From the NCBI GenBank assembly GCA_000388065.2, contig KB932202.1: a stretch of 58,257 nt of DNA; one strand, written 5' to 3'. The DNA is from Fonticula alba ATCC 38817. Its lineage: Eukaryota; Protista; Nucleariida. The notes under the pieces were generated by a model. The model searched no databases, was not told the origin of the DNA, and saw only the letters and a list, made by a program, of their open reading frames with translations. Each line of letters starts with the position of its first letter. The first letter of the stretch is position 1. Positions 24,972 to 36,691 of the stretch are shown here, piece after piece. The position numbers and the translations under genes were made by a program.

Positions 24972-25716
24972 ATGCTTCGCACCGCCACCTTCCTCGTCAG
25001 TGCCTCCACCCGCACCGCCTCGCGCGTGGCCTTCCGTGGCTTCGCTTCGGCCGCGGCCGGCGGTAACAACAACACCGCCCAGCAGCCCGAGGACGACGGC
25101 GTCGACTACGCCACCGCCCCCATCAACCCCGACCCCAACGCCGAGGAGTACAAGCCCATCGGCAGCCCCGCCTACTTCGGTGCGTTGCCTCTCGCGCCCC
25201 CGCTGGCCATCCTCGCTGCCCCTCCTCCTCTCTCTCTCTCTCTCTCTCGACCAGGCCCCTGCTCCTCCCCTCCCCACCTCCACTTGCTTACAGTCTCCTG
25301 TCCCTCCCCCCTCCTTCGTATGCCCCCCCCCCACCGTCGCCGCCCCCCCTCCCCCCTCCCCCCTCCGGCATGACCACACAGAGCACGGCTACCGCACTCC
25401 CCGCTACGAGATCCCCCGCAACATCGATCTCCTGACCGGTAACTCCCGTATCGAGTACATCCGCATGCTTCAGGGCAAGTTCGACGCCTCCAACGAGCCG
25501 AACCCCAACCCCCACTTCGGCACCAAGGAGAACCCCATCATCATCCCCTGCGGTGAGGAGTCCGCCATCGTCGGCTGCCAGGGCCTCTGCCCCCACATCG
25601 ACGAGCCCGGCTACATGGAGTACTGGACCATGCCCGTCAACACCGAGGGCCGCTGCCAGGAGTGCGGTCAGTACTTCAAGTGCATCGCCGACGAGTCCCA
25701 GAACATCTACTACTAA
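24972..25716 (+). CDS. COX5B: Cytochrome c oxidase subunit Vb (yeast Cox4 family), mitochondrial
   Basis: Exons 24972-25179 and 25382-25716 (phase 1). Arg/Ala/Ser-rich presequence MLRTATFLVSASTRTASRVAFRGF; GTKENPIIIP..IVGC..W..RCQECGQYFK zinc-ribbon motif. Confidence 0.9.
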
Positions 25717-26279
25717 GCAGTGGATGCCTTCTCGTGCGTGCCCCTCTCTCCCCCTTGTGTGTGTCCTCTGCGCCGCATGCATCATTCCGGCAGCTGCCAT
25801 CGGCGCAGCGGCATGCGTCCGCTTTCCCCCTCCCTGCCCCCTCTCTCTGCCGCGCCGCGCCGCACCGCGCCTAACCCTCTTCCCCTTCCCTCTTCTTCTC
25901 CTTCTCCTCCTGTCGTTCGCCCACCGCCTGCAGTAGATTCCGCTTGGCTTCGCCGGCCCCCTCTCCCCGATGGTGGTCGGCACTTGCGTGCGCCGATCCC
26001 CTTGCTCGGCGCCCGCGGCCAATGTCACCTCGGCGCTTCATAAAGTGGGCCGCCCCTCCTTCTGTGGGTGTGCAGGGGTGGCGGAAGGAAGTGAGATGTT
26101 GTGCTGCCTCTGGCCTGGCGCACCGTTTGCCGCGCACGCCTGCCGCAGGGGCGCCTCGAGGAGGAGGGTAGTCCGAGCGGGGGCGGAGGGGGTGGGGGCA
26201 TGATACACATTCATTCCTCTCCCTCCTCTCTCTCTCTCCCCCGCATGGCCATCTCTCCTTCTTTTTGCTCCTGCCGCGC

Positions 26280-26310
<31 letters not shown>

Positions 26311-26763
26311 GTTCGCCTCTCCGCTGGCAAGGCGAATTTCGCGTGTCCTCGTTCAGCAGGGTTGGACCGAGGACGATCGGCGAGGAGAAGGCGGAGGAGG
26401 TGGTGTCCCTGGGGGAGTGTGTTGGCCATTTGTCGATCCTCCCCCCTCCCCCCCCCCCTCCCTTCGGCCCCTGGTTGTCCTCTCTTTCTCCTCTCCCCTC
26501 CTTGACGCACACGCGCTCATCCGCTCGTTCGGTCGCTCGCTCGCACGGCACCACTCCTTCTCTACCCTCTTCCGCCCTCCCCCCCCCCCCCCCCCCCGGG
26601 CGCGGGGCTGCCCTTGGACCCCCCCTCCACTTGTATTTTTTACTCCTTCATATACACCTCCTTAACCACCCACCTCTGTTCTTGGATAGGGAGAGAAAAG
26701 CCAAATGCGAGTATGTATGTATGTATTGCTTTGTGGTCTTTTTTTTTTGTGCGTCCCGTCTCC

Positions 26764-27688
26764 TCACTGGCGCTGGTACGAGTCGTACCCCTCGTACCCG
26801 TCGTCCTCCAGCAGGCTGTGTTGGATGGAGCTGTTGCTGGCCAGGCCGGAGGGGTCCGCGCCCATCGACGAGTCCAGCAGGCCATCGTCGTTGGTGTTGA
26901 GTTGGGAGTACTCCGCGCCGCCGGGGCCGGTCGACTTGAGGCCCACCGCGGCCATGGCCCGCTGCCAGAGGCTGGACGAGGAGGACCCGCCAGTCGGGCG
27001 CGTGCTGCCGTAGTCGCCAAAGGTGTCGTCCTCGTCGCTCTTGAAGAAGATAACATGGATGGTGTGCGAGGCTGGGGCGGGGCGGGGCCGGGAGGGGGCG
27101 GGGCAGGCGCAGCGGCGAGCGGCGATGCCGCACGGGCATCCAGGCGCTCGTGTCAGTCTTCGCTCTCAGGATGAGATCCCCGCCGGCGGCGGAGGAAAAA
27201 AAAAAAAAAGGGAAAGAAAAGAAAGCGAGTGAAGGGGAGCGAGGCCGGGGGACATTGTGTGTACCTCCCGGCACCAGGGTCGTGAAGGAGACCATGATGG
27301 CCAGCATGGTTCGCCGAGCCCAGAACGAGATGTCAATCTCATCGGCATCCGGCCCGAGGCGGCTCATATGCACCAGGGACCATATCCCCATGGAGAAGAT
27401 GGCCAGCCCCAACACCACCAGCACCGCCGCCAGGGCGGTGGTGCTGAAGTGCCGCGCGCGCGAGGCCGACTCCGGCTGCAGCAGGCGGTATTCCTCCAGC
27501 GGGGCGCCGGTCATGTGCGGGGCATACTTCTGCTCGAGAGTCGGGGCCATCGAGTCAAACTGCCGCGGGGGGGCCTGGTCGTCCGGCATCAGCGGCGACC
27601 CGAGGTGGGCGCTGTGCCGCGACGACCCGGGGTCCAGCGGCGGGGTAGAAAAGGGGTTGAGGGAGGGGGTGGGCGAGGGCTGGGCCAT
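26764..27688 (-). CDS. Two-TM membrane protein, TMEM230/TMEM134 (DUF872)-like, with extended acidic C-terminal tail
   Basis: ATG 27688 (accATGg). Exons 27688-27265 and 27071-26764 join in phase 1. TM1 TALAAVLVVLGLAIFSMGIWSLV; TM2 LAIMVSFTTLVPG|ASHTIHVIFF resembles the LPGxYH motif. Family call is from memory only. Confidence 0.65.
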
Positions 27689-29048
27689 GGTCCGGGTGTT
27701 GGGGCGCGCGCTGGATGTTGCGCTGGGGCTGCTGTCGTTGCTGTTGGTGTGGCTGGATGGTTGGATTGGTGTTTGCACAGAGTCGAGCAGGGGGGGGGGG
27801 CGGGGGAGAGGGGGGGAGAGGGGAGGAGAGGGAGAGGAGCCGGGGAGCGGGGGAGTGGAGGGGGACTCTAGCCGGTGGCGGGATGGGAGCGGGGGGCTGT
27901 CAAAGCGGGCATCCCCAGGGAGGTGTTGGTGGCCTGGAGAGGCTGCCTGGCCGGCGGGCGCCACAAGAAGCCCGCCTGCCGCGCCCGGGGCGCAAGCGGC
28001 CGGCAGATGGGCCAGATAATGTGGCTGCGCTGCTGCGCACTGGCCAGTGCTCCGGGCGCAAACACAGGCGAGCGCGTGACCCACTGGGGGCGAGAGCTCG
28101 CGGGGAAGCCCGACCGCCCTTGCATTCTCTGTCGGCTCTCTTGCCTGCCGGCCGCGGAAATGCCGATGGCCGGCCCGCTGCGCCTTGCCCTCTCCCCGAG
28201 CGGGCCGGATCCCGACCTGCCTTCGACCGCCCCTCGTCCTGCTTCTTTGTTCCCCCTCCCCCCCCGGGGGGGGGAGGGGGCCGCGTTCCGGGGACAGCGG
28301 CGTCTTTCCCCCCGCGAGCGTAGGTGGGTTGGCTGCTCGCTGGAACGTCACGCCCGCTGATCACGCTCGGCGCCCTTAACCGAATCCCCATTGTTGTGAT
28401 GCTTCTCCCCTCTTTTCGAGCGGCTGCCACACCCCGGCCAAGGGAGGCAGGGGGGGGGGGGGGGCACTCTCTGGCTGGGCGCCGACGCTTGCGGGTGGCC
28501 TCCCTGCGGGCGGGCAAGCGAGCAGGCGACCACAGCCCCGGCTTTCCACTATTCGTGTGCAGTAAGGCTCTCTTCGTCGGGGGCCCTGGGCCGTTGTTTT
28601 CTTTCGTGCGACCACGGCCCCGGGGCTTCTCCCAGGGGGGGGGGGCTCAGGCGCCCGGCCGGGGAGCTTGTTGGGGCAGAGACGAGAGCGCGGCGGGGGG
28701 CCCCGCGGCCGGCCGAGGGGGCGGTTGTCACTGGTTCTGGCACGCCGGGCCGGCGGCCTGGCGAAGGGGGGAGGAGCCTTCTTTCAGCAGGCCCCAGACC
28801 GGGGACTTGGCCCGAATGCCAGGGCTGTGTTAGTGGACACAAACCTGCGTGTGCAAAAGGCGCAGGCACTCGGCGAGCGTGGGGCTGGCGTTCGCTGCCT
28901 CGGTGTGACGGTCTTCGGGCGAGGAGCAGAGCAATCTGGGGCCAGGTCGCAGGCACATCCCCTCGGAAGTGCCCAACGGCCCTCTTCTCCCCTCCCCCTT
29001 CCTGCCCCTTGCCCCCTCCCCCCCCCCCCTCCCCCTCCCGGCCCGACG

Positions 29049-31905
29049 ATGTTCGAGAAGAGCCTCGAGGATATCATCCGCGGCCTTCGCGCGAACCCGC
29101 GCAATGAGGCCAAGTACATCTCGATCGAGTTGGAGACCATCCGCAAGGAGGTCCGCTCGATCGACGTGGACGTCAAGGCCAATGCCATCATCAAGCTCTG
29201 CTACGTGCGTCGCCGCCCCTTCCTGTGGCCGCCCGTCGCCATGTGTCGCCATTGACTGACCCCCCNNNNNNNNNNNNNNNNNNNNNNNNNNNNNNNNNNN
29301 NNNNNNNNNNNNNNNNNNNNNNNNNNNNNNNNNNNNNNNNNNNNNNNNNNNNNNNNNNNNNNNNNNNNNNNNNNNNNNNNNNNNNNNNNNNNNNNNNNNN
29401 NNNNNNNNNNNNNNNNNNNNNNNNNNNNNNNNNNNNNNNNNNNNNNNNNNNNNNNNNNNNNNNNNNNNNNNNNNNNNNNNNNNNNNNNNNNNNNNNNNNN
29501 NNNNNNNNNNNNNNNNNNNNNNNNNNNNNNNNNNNNNNNNNNNNNNNNNNNNNNNNNNNNNNNNNNNNNNNNNNNNNNNNNNNNNNNNNNNNNNNNNNNN
29601 NNNNNNNNNNNNNNNNNNNNNNNNNNNNNNNNNNNNNNNNNNNNNNNNNNNNNNNNNNNNNNNNNNNNNNNNNNNNNNNNNNNNNNNNNNNNNNNNNNNN
29701 NNNNNNNNNNNNNNNNNNNNNNNNNCCTCCCCGCCGCCCCCCGCACTGCATCACCCCGTCCCGCCCGCAGGACCTCAAAAGCTCCAACTTCTCCGATGTC
29801 GCGCTGGCCCTCAACGGTCTGTCCAACTTCGTCACTCCGGAGCTGGCTGAAAATCTGGCCTCCGATGTTCTCCGGAACATGACCCACTCGCGTCCGTATA
29901 TCCGCAAGAAGGTTTGTCTCTTGTCTGTGCCCCTTCGGCACCCCCTTATCCATTTCCGGACATACCTGTGCACGCACCGCCACGCACGCCTGCCGCCATG
30001 TCGGCACCCGACTAATCGGTTCCTCTCGTCACCCGCCACGCCAGGCCTGTCTCGCCATGTACAAGATCTTCCTGCGGTACCCGGACGCCCTGCGGCCTTC
30101 CTTCCCCCGGCTGACCGAGTGCCTGACCGACTCGGAGCCGAGCGTCGTCGGATCGGCCGTCAGTGTCATCTGCGAGCTGGCCCGGCAGAACCCGGCCAAC
30201 TTTGGCCCCCTCGCGCCCACCCTCTTCCAGTTGATGCTCAGCTCGTCCAACAACTGGACCCTCATCAAAATCATCAAGCTGGTGCGTGATGCTGGTCTTC
30301 CCTCCTCCCCCTCGCACCATGGTTTCCGGTTGCCGGTTCTCACCGCCTGACGGCCGCCGACCTGGCACACCCGGTCGGGGGCTTGCTCCTCTGGTTGCCA
30401 GTTTTCCAGCCTCTGCCTGGAGCTCCCTCGCCTGTCGCGCAAGCTGGCCGAGCCGATCCTCAACATCATCCAGACGACGTCGGCCGTGTCGCTGCTGTAT
30501 GAGTGCATCTCGGCCGTGGCCAATGGCATGATCGACCAGCCGGAGCTGGCCAGCGCCGCCATCCACAAGCTCTGCGGCTTCTTCAAGGACGCCGACCAGA
30601 ACATCAAGTACCTCGGTCTGACCACCCTGCGGACCTTTGCCCAGACCTACCCGAAGGTGGTGTCCGAGCACCGGGCCGTCATCCTGGACTGCCTGAATGA
30701 CTCGGATCTGAGCATTCGCCGTCGGGCCCTGGACCTGGTGGAGTACATGGTCTCGCGTCGCAGCCTGCCGGAGCTGGTGGATCGCCTGCTGGTGCAGCTG
30801 GACCCGTCCTACATGCCGGAGACCACCATCGAGGGGTCCCCCTCGACCGGGGGGCGCATTGTGTGCAAGGCGCCGATCGTGGACTCGGGCTTCCGCTCGG
30901 AGCTGGTTAGCCGCATCATCGGGGTGTGCTCCATCCGGTCGTACCGCTACATCAACGATTTCGACTGGTACTACGGCATCCTGATCCGTCTGGTTCGTCT
31001 GGATGGCCTGAACCCCTCGGCCTATCAGGCCCTGGCGGCTCAGCTGCTGGATGTGGCGGTGCGGGTGCGCGTCGTTCGCCCGAATGCGGTCCGCTGCATG
31101 ATTGGTCTGATCCGCGACCCGCGCATCGGTGCGGCCGCCAGTTTGACCGCCGCCGCCGCCGCCGGGGCTGCTGGCTCCGGGACCGGCGGTGGCCAGGGCA
31201 ACCGCCCGTCCGGCGGTCTGCGCGACGTCATCCTCGAGGCTGCCGCCTGGCTTGTGGGCGAGTATTCGGAGTGCGTGCCGCTTTGGATTCATCTTTCCCC
31301 CCTCTCCGCTTGTTGTCTCCTTCTCTCCTCCTCCGTTTCCGCTCCTGCTGCGGCTGGCACTGATCCTCCTCCTCCTCCTCCTCCCCCCCCTCCCTCCCTC
31401 CCTCCCTCCTGCCTTCCCCCGACGGCCGCCAGGTATATCGATGCCTCCTTCCTGCCGTCGGTGGTGGATGTGCTGACGCACCCGCGCGCTCTGGCCGCCT
31501 CGGCCGGGTCGCCGCGCGTCCAGTCGGCTTACCTATTCAACAGCCTGAAGATGATTGCGCGTGCTTGCCTGCCGATCATCATCGAGTCCGAGGATGAGAA
31601 CTCCGATTCGGATGCCTCCGATTCGGAGGAGCGCTCCGGCAGCTACATCGAGCCGACCGAGAGCCTGGTTGCCCGGCTGGACACCATCCGCGCCTGGGTC
31701 CTGAACAAGGTCCTGCCCACGATGAAGCGCTATTCGGCCTCCATGTCGGCCGAGGTCCAGGAGTGGGTGCGTGCTGCAATCTCCCCTTCTCTCTCTTTCT
31801 CTCTCTTTTTTTTCTCTCTCTCTCTCTCTTTCTTCCTCTCTCTCCTCTCTCTTCCTCTTCCTCTCTCTCTCTCTTTCTTCCTCTCTCTCCTCTCTCTCTC
31901 CCCCC

Positions 31906-31941
<36 letters not shown>

Positions 31942-34900
31942 CTCCCCTCTCTCTCTCTCTCTCCTCTCTCTCCTCCCCCTCTCTCTCTCCCTCTCTCTCC
32001 CTCTCTTTCCCTCTCTCTCCTCTCTCTCCCTCTCTCCCTTCTTCTTTCTCCTTTTCCCCTCCTCCCACTTTCACACACAGCTGACCGATTGCTTGTTCTC
32101 CGTCGGCAACTCAGGCAACCATTACCGCGGCCGTTCTGGAGGCTGCCTTCACCCATGAGGACCCGGCCACCGTTGTGCAGGTCAGCCAGAAGATCGGCCA
32201 GATCCTGGACATTGGTGGTGAGGATGCCGGCCCCCTGTCGCCCGGCTCGCCGGTTGCCTCATCGGCCTCGCTGGCATCCTTCCGCTCTGCCATCGACCCG
32301 ACCTCTCTGTGGGCCCTCTTCGATGGGGCCCTCAACCCGGTGGCCGCCACGGCCCAGAGCCGTGTCCCCATCCCCGAGGGCCTGGACCTGGAGTCCTGGA
32401 TCGATGAGCCTCTCAGTGACGAGGAGGCCGAGCCGGCCCCCCATTCGCATCCGGCCAGCGTTGCCGCGCGCTTTGATGCTGGTACGCTGCACCCGCCTCG
32501 CTGCCCTTCCCCTTCCTCCTCCATCCTTCCCCCCTGGCGGCGCGCGACCCCTGCTATCATCGCATTCATTTGCATGCCTCTCACGCGCATCCACCTACGC
32601 TGGCTTTCCCCCCCCCCCCGCATGCCCTGCCACCTGTAGGTCCCATTCGGGGCATCGAGTCGTACATGGGCGAGGTGTCCTCCGACGACGAGCAGGGCCC
32701 CTCAACCTCCGGGAGCATGCCCCGCACTGGGGCCCCCCATGTCGGCAGCAAGGCCGCCCCGGTCACTTCGTCCTCCATTGACCGGTCGAACAACCCCTTC
32801 TATCTGCCCTCGGGCCCGGCCAAGGCCAAGGCCGAGGCGATTCCGGTCACCTCGCTGGCGGTCAGTGAGCGCATCGAAATTGCCGAAATGCCGCCGGCCT
32901 CCGGCAGCGGTCGGTCCTCCAAGAGCGGCGGCAAGCGCACCAAGTCCAGCGAGTCCGGCTCCTCCTCCTCCAAGAGCGGCAGCCGGAGCAGCCGCCGGCA
33001 CATCGAGGTCCTCAGTGCCAGCGAGATGCCGGAGGGTGTGGCCGAGCCGGCAACCAAGAAGCCCGGCGCCGGCAGCCGCGCCGGCATCGGGGCCATCGAC
33101 CTGTTTGCTCCCCTGTCGGCCAACGAGCAGCTCCCGAGCGTGAAGGCCTACGAGTCGCCGCTGGAGGCCAAGGCTCGCGCGGAGCATGCCCACCTGCAGG
33201 CGCTCAAGGAGCACCAGCTTCGCATCGGGCAGATGGGCGCCCAGTCGCAGCAGCACCAGCAGCAGCATGCCGCCGAGGCTGGCGAGGTGAGGAAGAAGAA
33301 GAAGAAGTCTTCCTCCTCCAAGGACAAGCCCACGGAGGACGGTGTCGCCGGCGAGGCGGCGAAGAAGAAGAAGAAGAAGAAGTCTTCCTCCGACGCCGCC
33401 GAGGCCGAGGCCGTGCAGCTGGCCGAGGCCGAGGCGGCCCCCGTGAAGAAGAGGAAGAAGAAGTCCTCCTCTTCTCGCGGCGAGGCTGCGCCGGAGCCCC
33501 AGGCCGATGGGCCGGCCGCCGGCCTGTCGCCCAATATCATGGACATGGCGTTCACCGACATGCCGGTCACCCCGGTGGCGGTTCCGGTCGTCGAGGTGGT
33601 TCTCCAGAATCTGGCCGAGCCTCCTGCCGCCGAGGCGCCGCGTCCGCGCAAGAAGAAGTCCTCCTCTTCGAAGAGGGCCGAGGATGGCACCACCTCCTCT
33701 TCGAAGAAGTCCTCCTCCTCGAAGAAGTCCTCCTCCGGCCGGAGCAGCAGCAGCAGCAGCAGCAAGCGCGCGGCCGAGCCCGAGCCGGAGCCGCTTGTGG
33801 CTGCCGGCTCTCAGCAGCGCGACCGCTATGACGACCTGCTGGATGCCTCCTCCCCCGGAGACAGTGCCGTGCAGTCGCCCCTGCCTGGCGGTCTGTCGCA
33901 GTTGATCGACCTGGACTTTGGTGGGTCTCTCTCCGGCGTCGGCTCGCCGGCGGCGGCCAACGGCGACAGCCGGTCCGAGATGCCGCTCCTGGGTGGCCTG
34001 CTCGGAGACGGGACGCTCAGTCCCTCGGCTGGGATTTTCACGGTTAGCAGTGCCAGCCTCGGCCCTGCGCCGGCTCTGACTGTCGGCCCGGCCGAGCGGA
34101 CCGCCTTTAGCAACTCCCTTCTGCAGCTGGTCCGTGTCGGTTCTTCCTTCTGGTTNNNNNNNNNNNNNNNNNNNNNNNNNNNNNNTCTCTCTCTCTCTCT
34201 CGCCCCCCTGTCCACCGTACTCCGTTTTTCGCCCGACTGACCACGTCTCTCCTCCTCCTCCTCCTCCTGCCGCCGGCTCGCAGACCTACTCCATCACTGG
34301 CTATGAGCTCACCGATGAGGACCTGGCCGTGGTCAGTCACCGCCGAGGTGGCTCGGGCTCAGCCGGCGCCAGCAGCGATGCCGACTCGGATGACGAGCCG
34401 GACCGCTCGGGCCTGCAGATCAGCTTCACCCTGACGAACACCTCGGTCGGGCAGACTGTTTCCTCGATGGAGCTCTCGGCCGTCAACTCGATGACCGTCT
34501 CGGTGGTGGAGTCTTCCAGCTCCGGTGGGCGTTTCACCCCGAGCCGCCTGGCCCCGGGCGCATCGGCCACTCAGACCCTCACCCTCTGCCTGGCGCCTGG
34601 GGCTGTGGACGATCTCCCGCAGCAGCTCCGCACCTCGGTCTCCTTCATCGCCACCCCGGCGGACGATGCACCGGAGAATGGTGCCGATCATGGCATGTCT
34701 TCCTCCCAGGTGTCTGGCCAGGAGGAGTTCCGTCTGCAGCTCCCGGCCTCGGTCTTCGTCCATGCTGAGCCCATGTCCGAGTGTGCGTTCACCCGCACCC
34801 TGCTGATGACCTTTCCTCTTTCCCTCTCCTTCTCTCTCTCTCTCTCTCTCTCTCTCGCTCTTTCTCTTTTTCTCCCCTCCCCTGGAAATGGCCAGGGAGC

Positions 34901-35525
34901 CCCTCAGCCGCCTGATGGGTTGATCCCTTGCTCTCCTGGATCATCGACGCCTGTGCTGACATCCCTGCCACCTAGTCACCCTCGGCATGATCATGGAGGA
35001 GCCGCGCAACTTCGATGCCGCGACCGGCGGCACCGGTGCCCTGGACACCCCGACCCTGTCTGTCCAGCTGCCGACGTCTTTCTTGAAGTCAGCCGTGTCG
35101 AGTGGTGTGCGCGCTTTCAGCGCCGCGGCCAATGCCATTGCTTCGTGCGTGCCCCCCCCCCTCCCCCCCCTCCCCCCCCCTCTCTGGCCGATCTCACGGC
35201 CGCGTGCTTATGCTCTCGCTCTCTCAATTATCCCGTTCTCCCTCCCTCTGACACCCCCGCGCTTCGTTGCCCTGCCCATGCATGGAATCGCAGCGCCCTC
35301 CATCTGAACGTGGTCACTTGCGAGCCGGATGAGGGTCATGCCCTGCTGTACGGCCGGACTCTGGTCCACGGTCGCCACCATGTGGTGGCCATGATCAAGT
35401 CCGAGGCTGACGACCCGAGCGAGCTGGCCCTGCGTGTGTCCATCCGCTCTGGCTCGGCGTCCGTGGCTTCGGCCCTGATTGCCGAGCTTGGCGAGCAGCT
35501 GCCCACTGCCGACGTGGTCGCCTAA
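29049..35525 (+). CDS. AP3D1: AP-3 adaptor complex subunit delta
   Basis: Exons 29049-29204, [exon(s) hidden in gap 29266-29725], 29771-29911, 30045-30281, 30402-31270, 31433-31766, 32115-32481, 32640-34129, 34284-34782, 34976-35144, 35294-35525. MFEKSLEDIIRGLR, SRPYIRKK, NNWTLIKIIKL, SLLYECI, DQNIKYLGL, DLSIRRRALDL, AAAWLVGEY, EVQE; basic hinge and C-terminal ear. Confidence 0.95.
31781..32040. repeat. Intronic (CT)n-rich polypyrimidine microsatellite
   Basis: Direct reading of an AP3D intron. Confidence 0.9.
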
Positions 35526-35539
35526 GTCCACGATGCATG

Positions 35540-35595
35540 TGGCTGCCTCCCCCTGGCTGCCTCCCCCTGGCTGCCTCCCCCTGGCTGCCTCCCCC
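35540..35595. repeat. Four tandem copies of the 14-mer TGGCTGCCTCCCCC in the AP3D 3'UTR
   Basis: Copies start at 35540, 35554, 35568 and 35582. Confidence 0.9.
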
Positions 35596-36097
35596 CCCCC
35601 CCCCCCTCGAGGATATCTCCTCTTGATAGACTGCCACGACGAGAAGACCGACCTGCAGAGAGATAGCCAGCCGTCTTTTTGCCTCGTGGTTTGGCTTCTT
35701 TCTCTCCCCTGGCGCGTCCCGCGTTGTTCCCGGCTCCCCCCCGGCCCCGGGAGGAGGGTAGGGCTCTTTCCTGTGTTTGTGGCCCCTCTCCACCTCAGGC
35801 TGTGTGGTGCTGTCTCTTCCGCTCCCCCCCCCAATACACAGATCGTGTTCCACGGCTGCCCAATCGAGTTAAGGTAAACTCAGCCAAAATATCATTCTCA
35901 CTTCACATGACCATTCTTCGCTGCGCCTCGTCCTGGACCGGGCGCCGGGTTCGCTTGGTTGTTTTGAATTCGGCTCCCCCTGCCTTTGGTGGCCGCCTGC
36001 TCCGAGGCCCTTCTCGCCTGGCTGGCCCTGCTCAGCGAAAGTGGGCTGTTTGGGGCACCGCGCCCATGGAGGACTGTGCTTGAAATGCGTGCGTACA

Positions 36098-36162
<65 letters not shown>

Positions 36163-36691
36163 GAGAGCGGGAGAGAGGGAGAGTGGGGGCGGCGCAAGGC
36201 CGGGCAGAAGGTGGGCGGCGGCGTCTGGGCGATCCGCACAGAAGGCGAGGGGTTCCCGGCAGGATGCTTCGCACGCGGGCCCTTGCTCCCGTTCTCCCCC
36301 CGGGACACCGCCCCCACACTCTCCCACATGACCTAACCTGTGTATGTTCTGGGCTCACGTCCCGCGCTCGCTGCCGTGCCCTTTGACCCTCAGTTCCGAA
36401 GATTGGGACGAGCAGGCTGGGGCGCCTCGGAGGGACGGGGGGGGGGGGCCTCGCCGGGGGGGAGTGGGCGTCGCGCCTCGCAGCACCCTAGATCGGCCAG
36501 CGCGATCCTCTCCCCCCCTGCTGCCGCCCTCACACCCACATCTCGGGCCAGTCCCCTCTCCCTCTCCTTTCACCTCAAACACCTTCATCGCGTCTTTCTC
36601 CCTCTCCCCACCCCCTTTTCCCTCCTTCTCCTCCCCTACCCCCCCCCCCGCCCCTTCCTGCCGAAGTGCGTGCGTGCGTGTCTGTCCGGCC

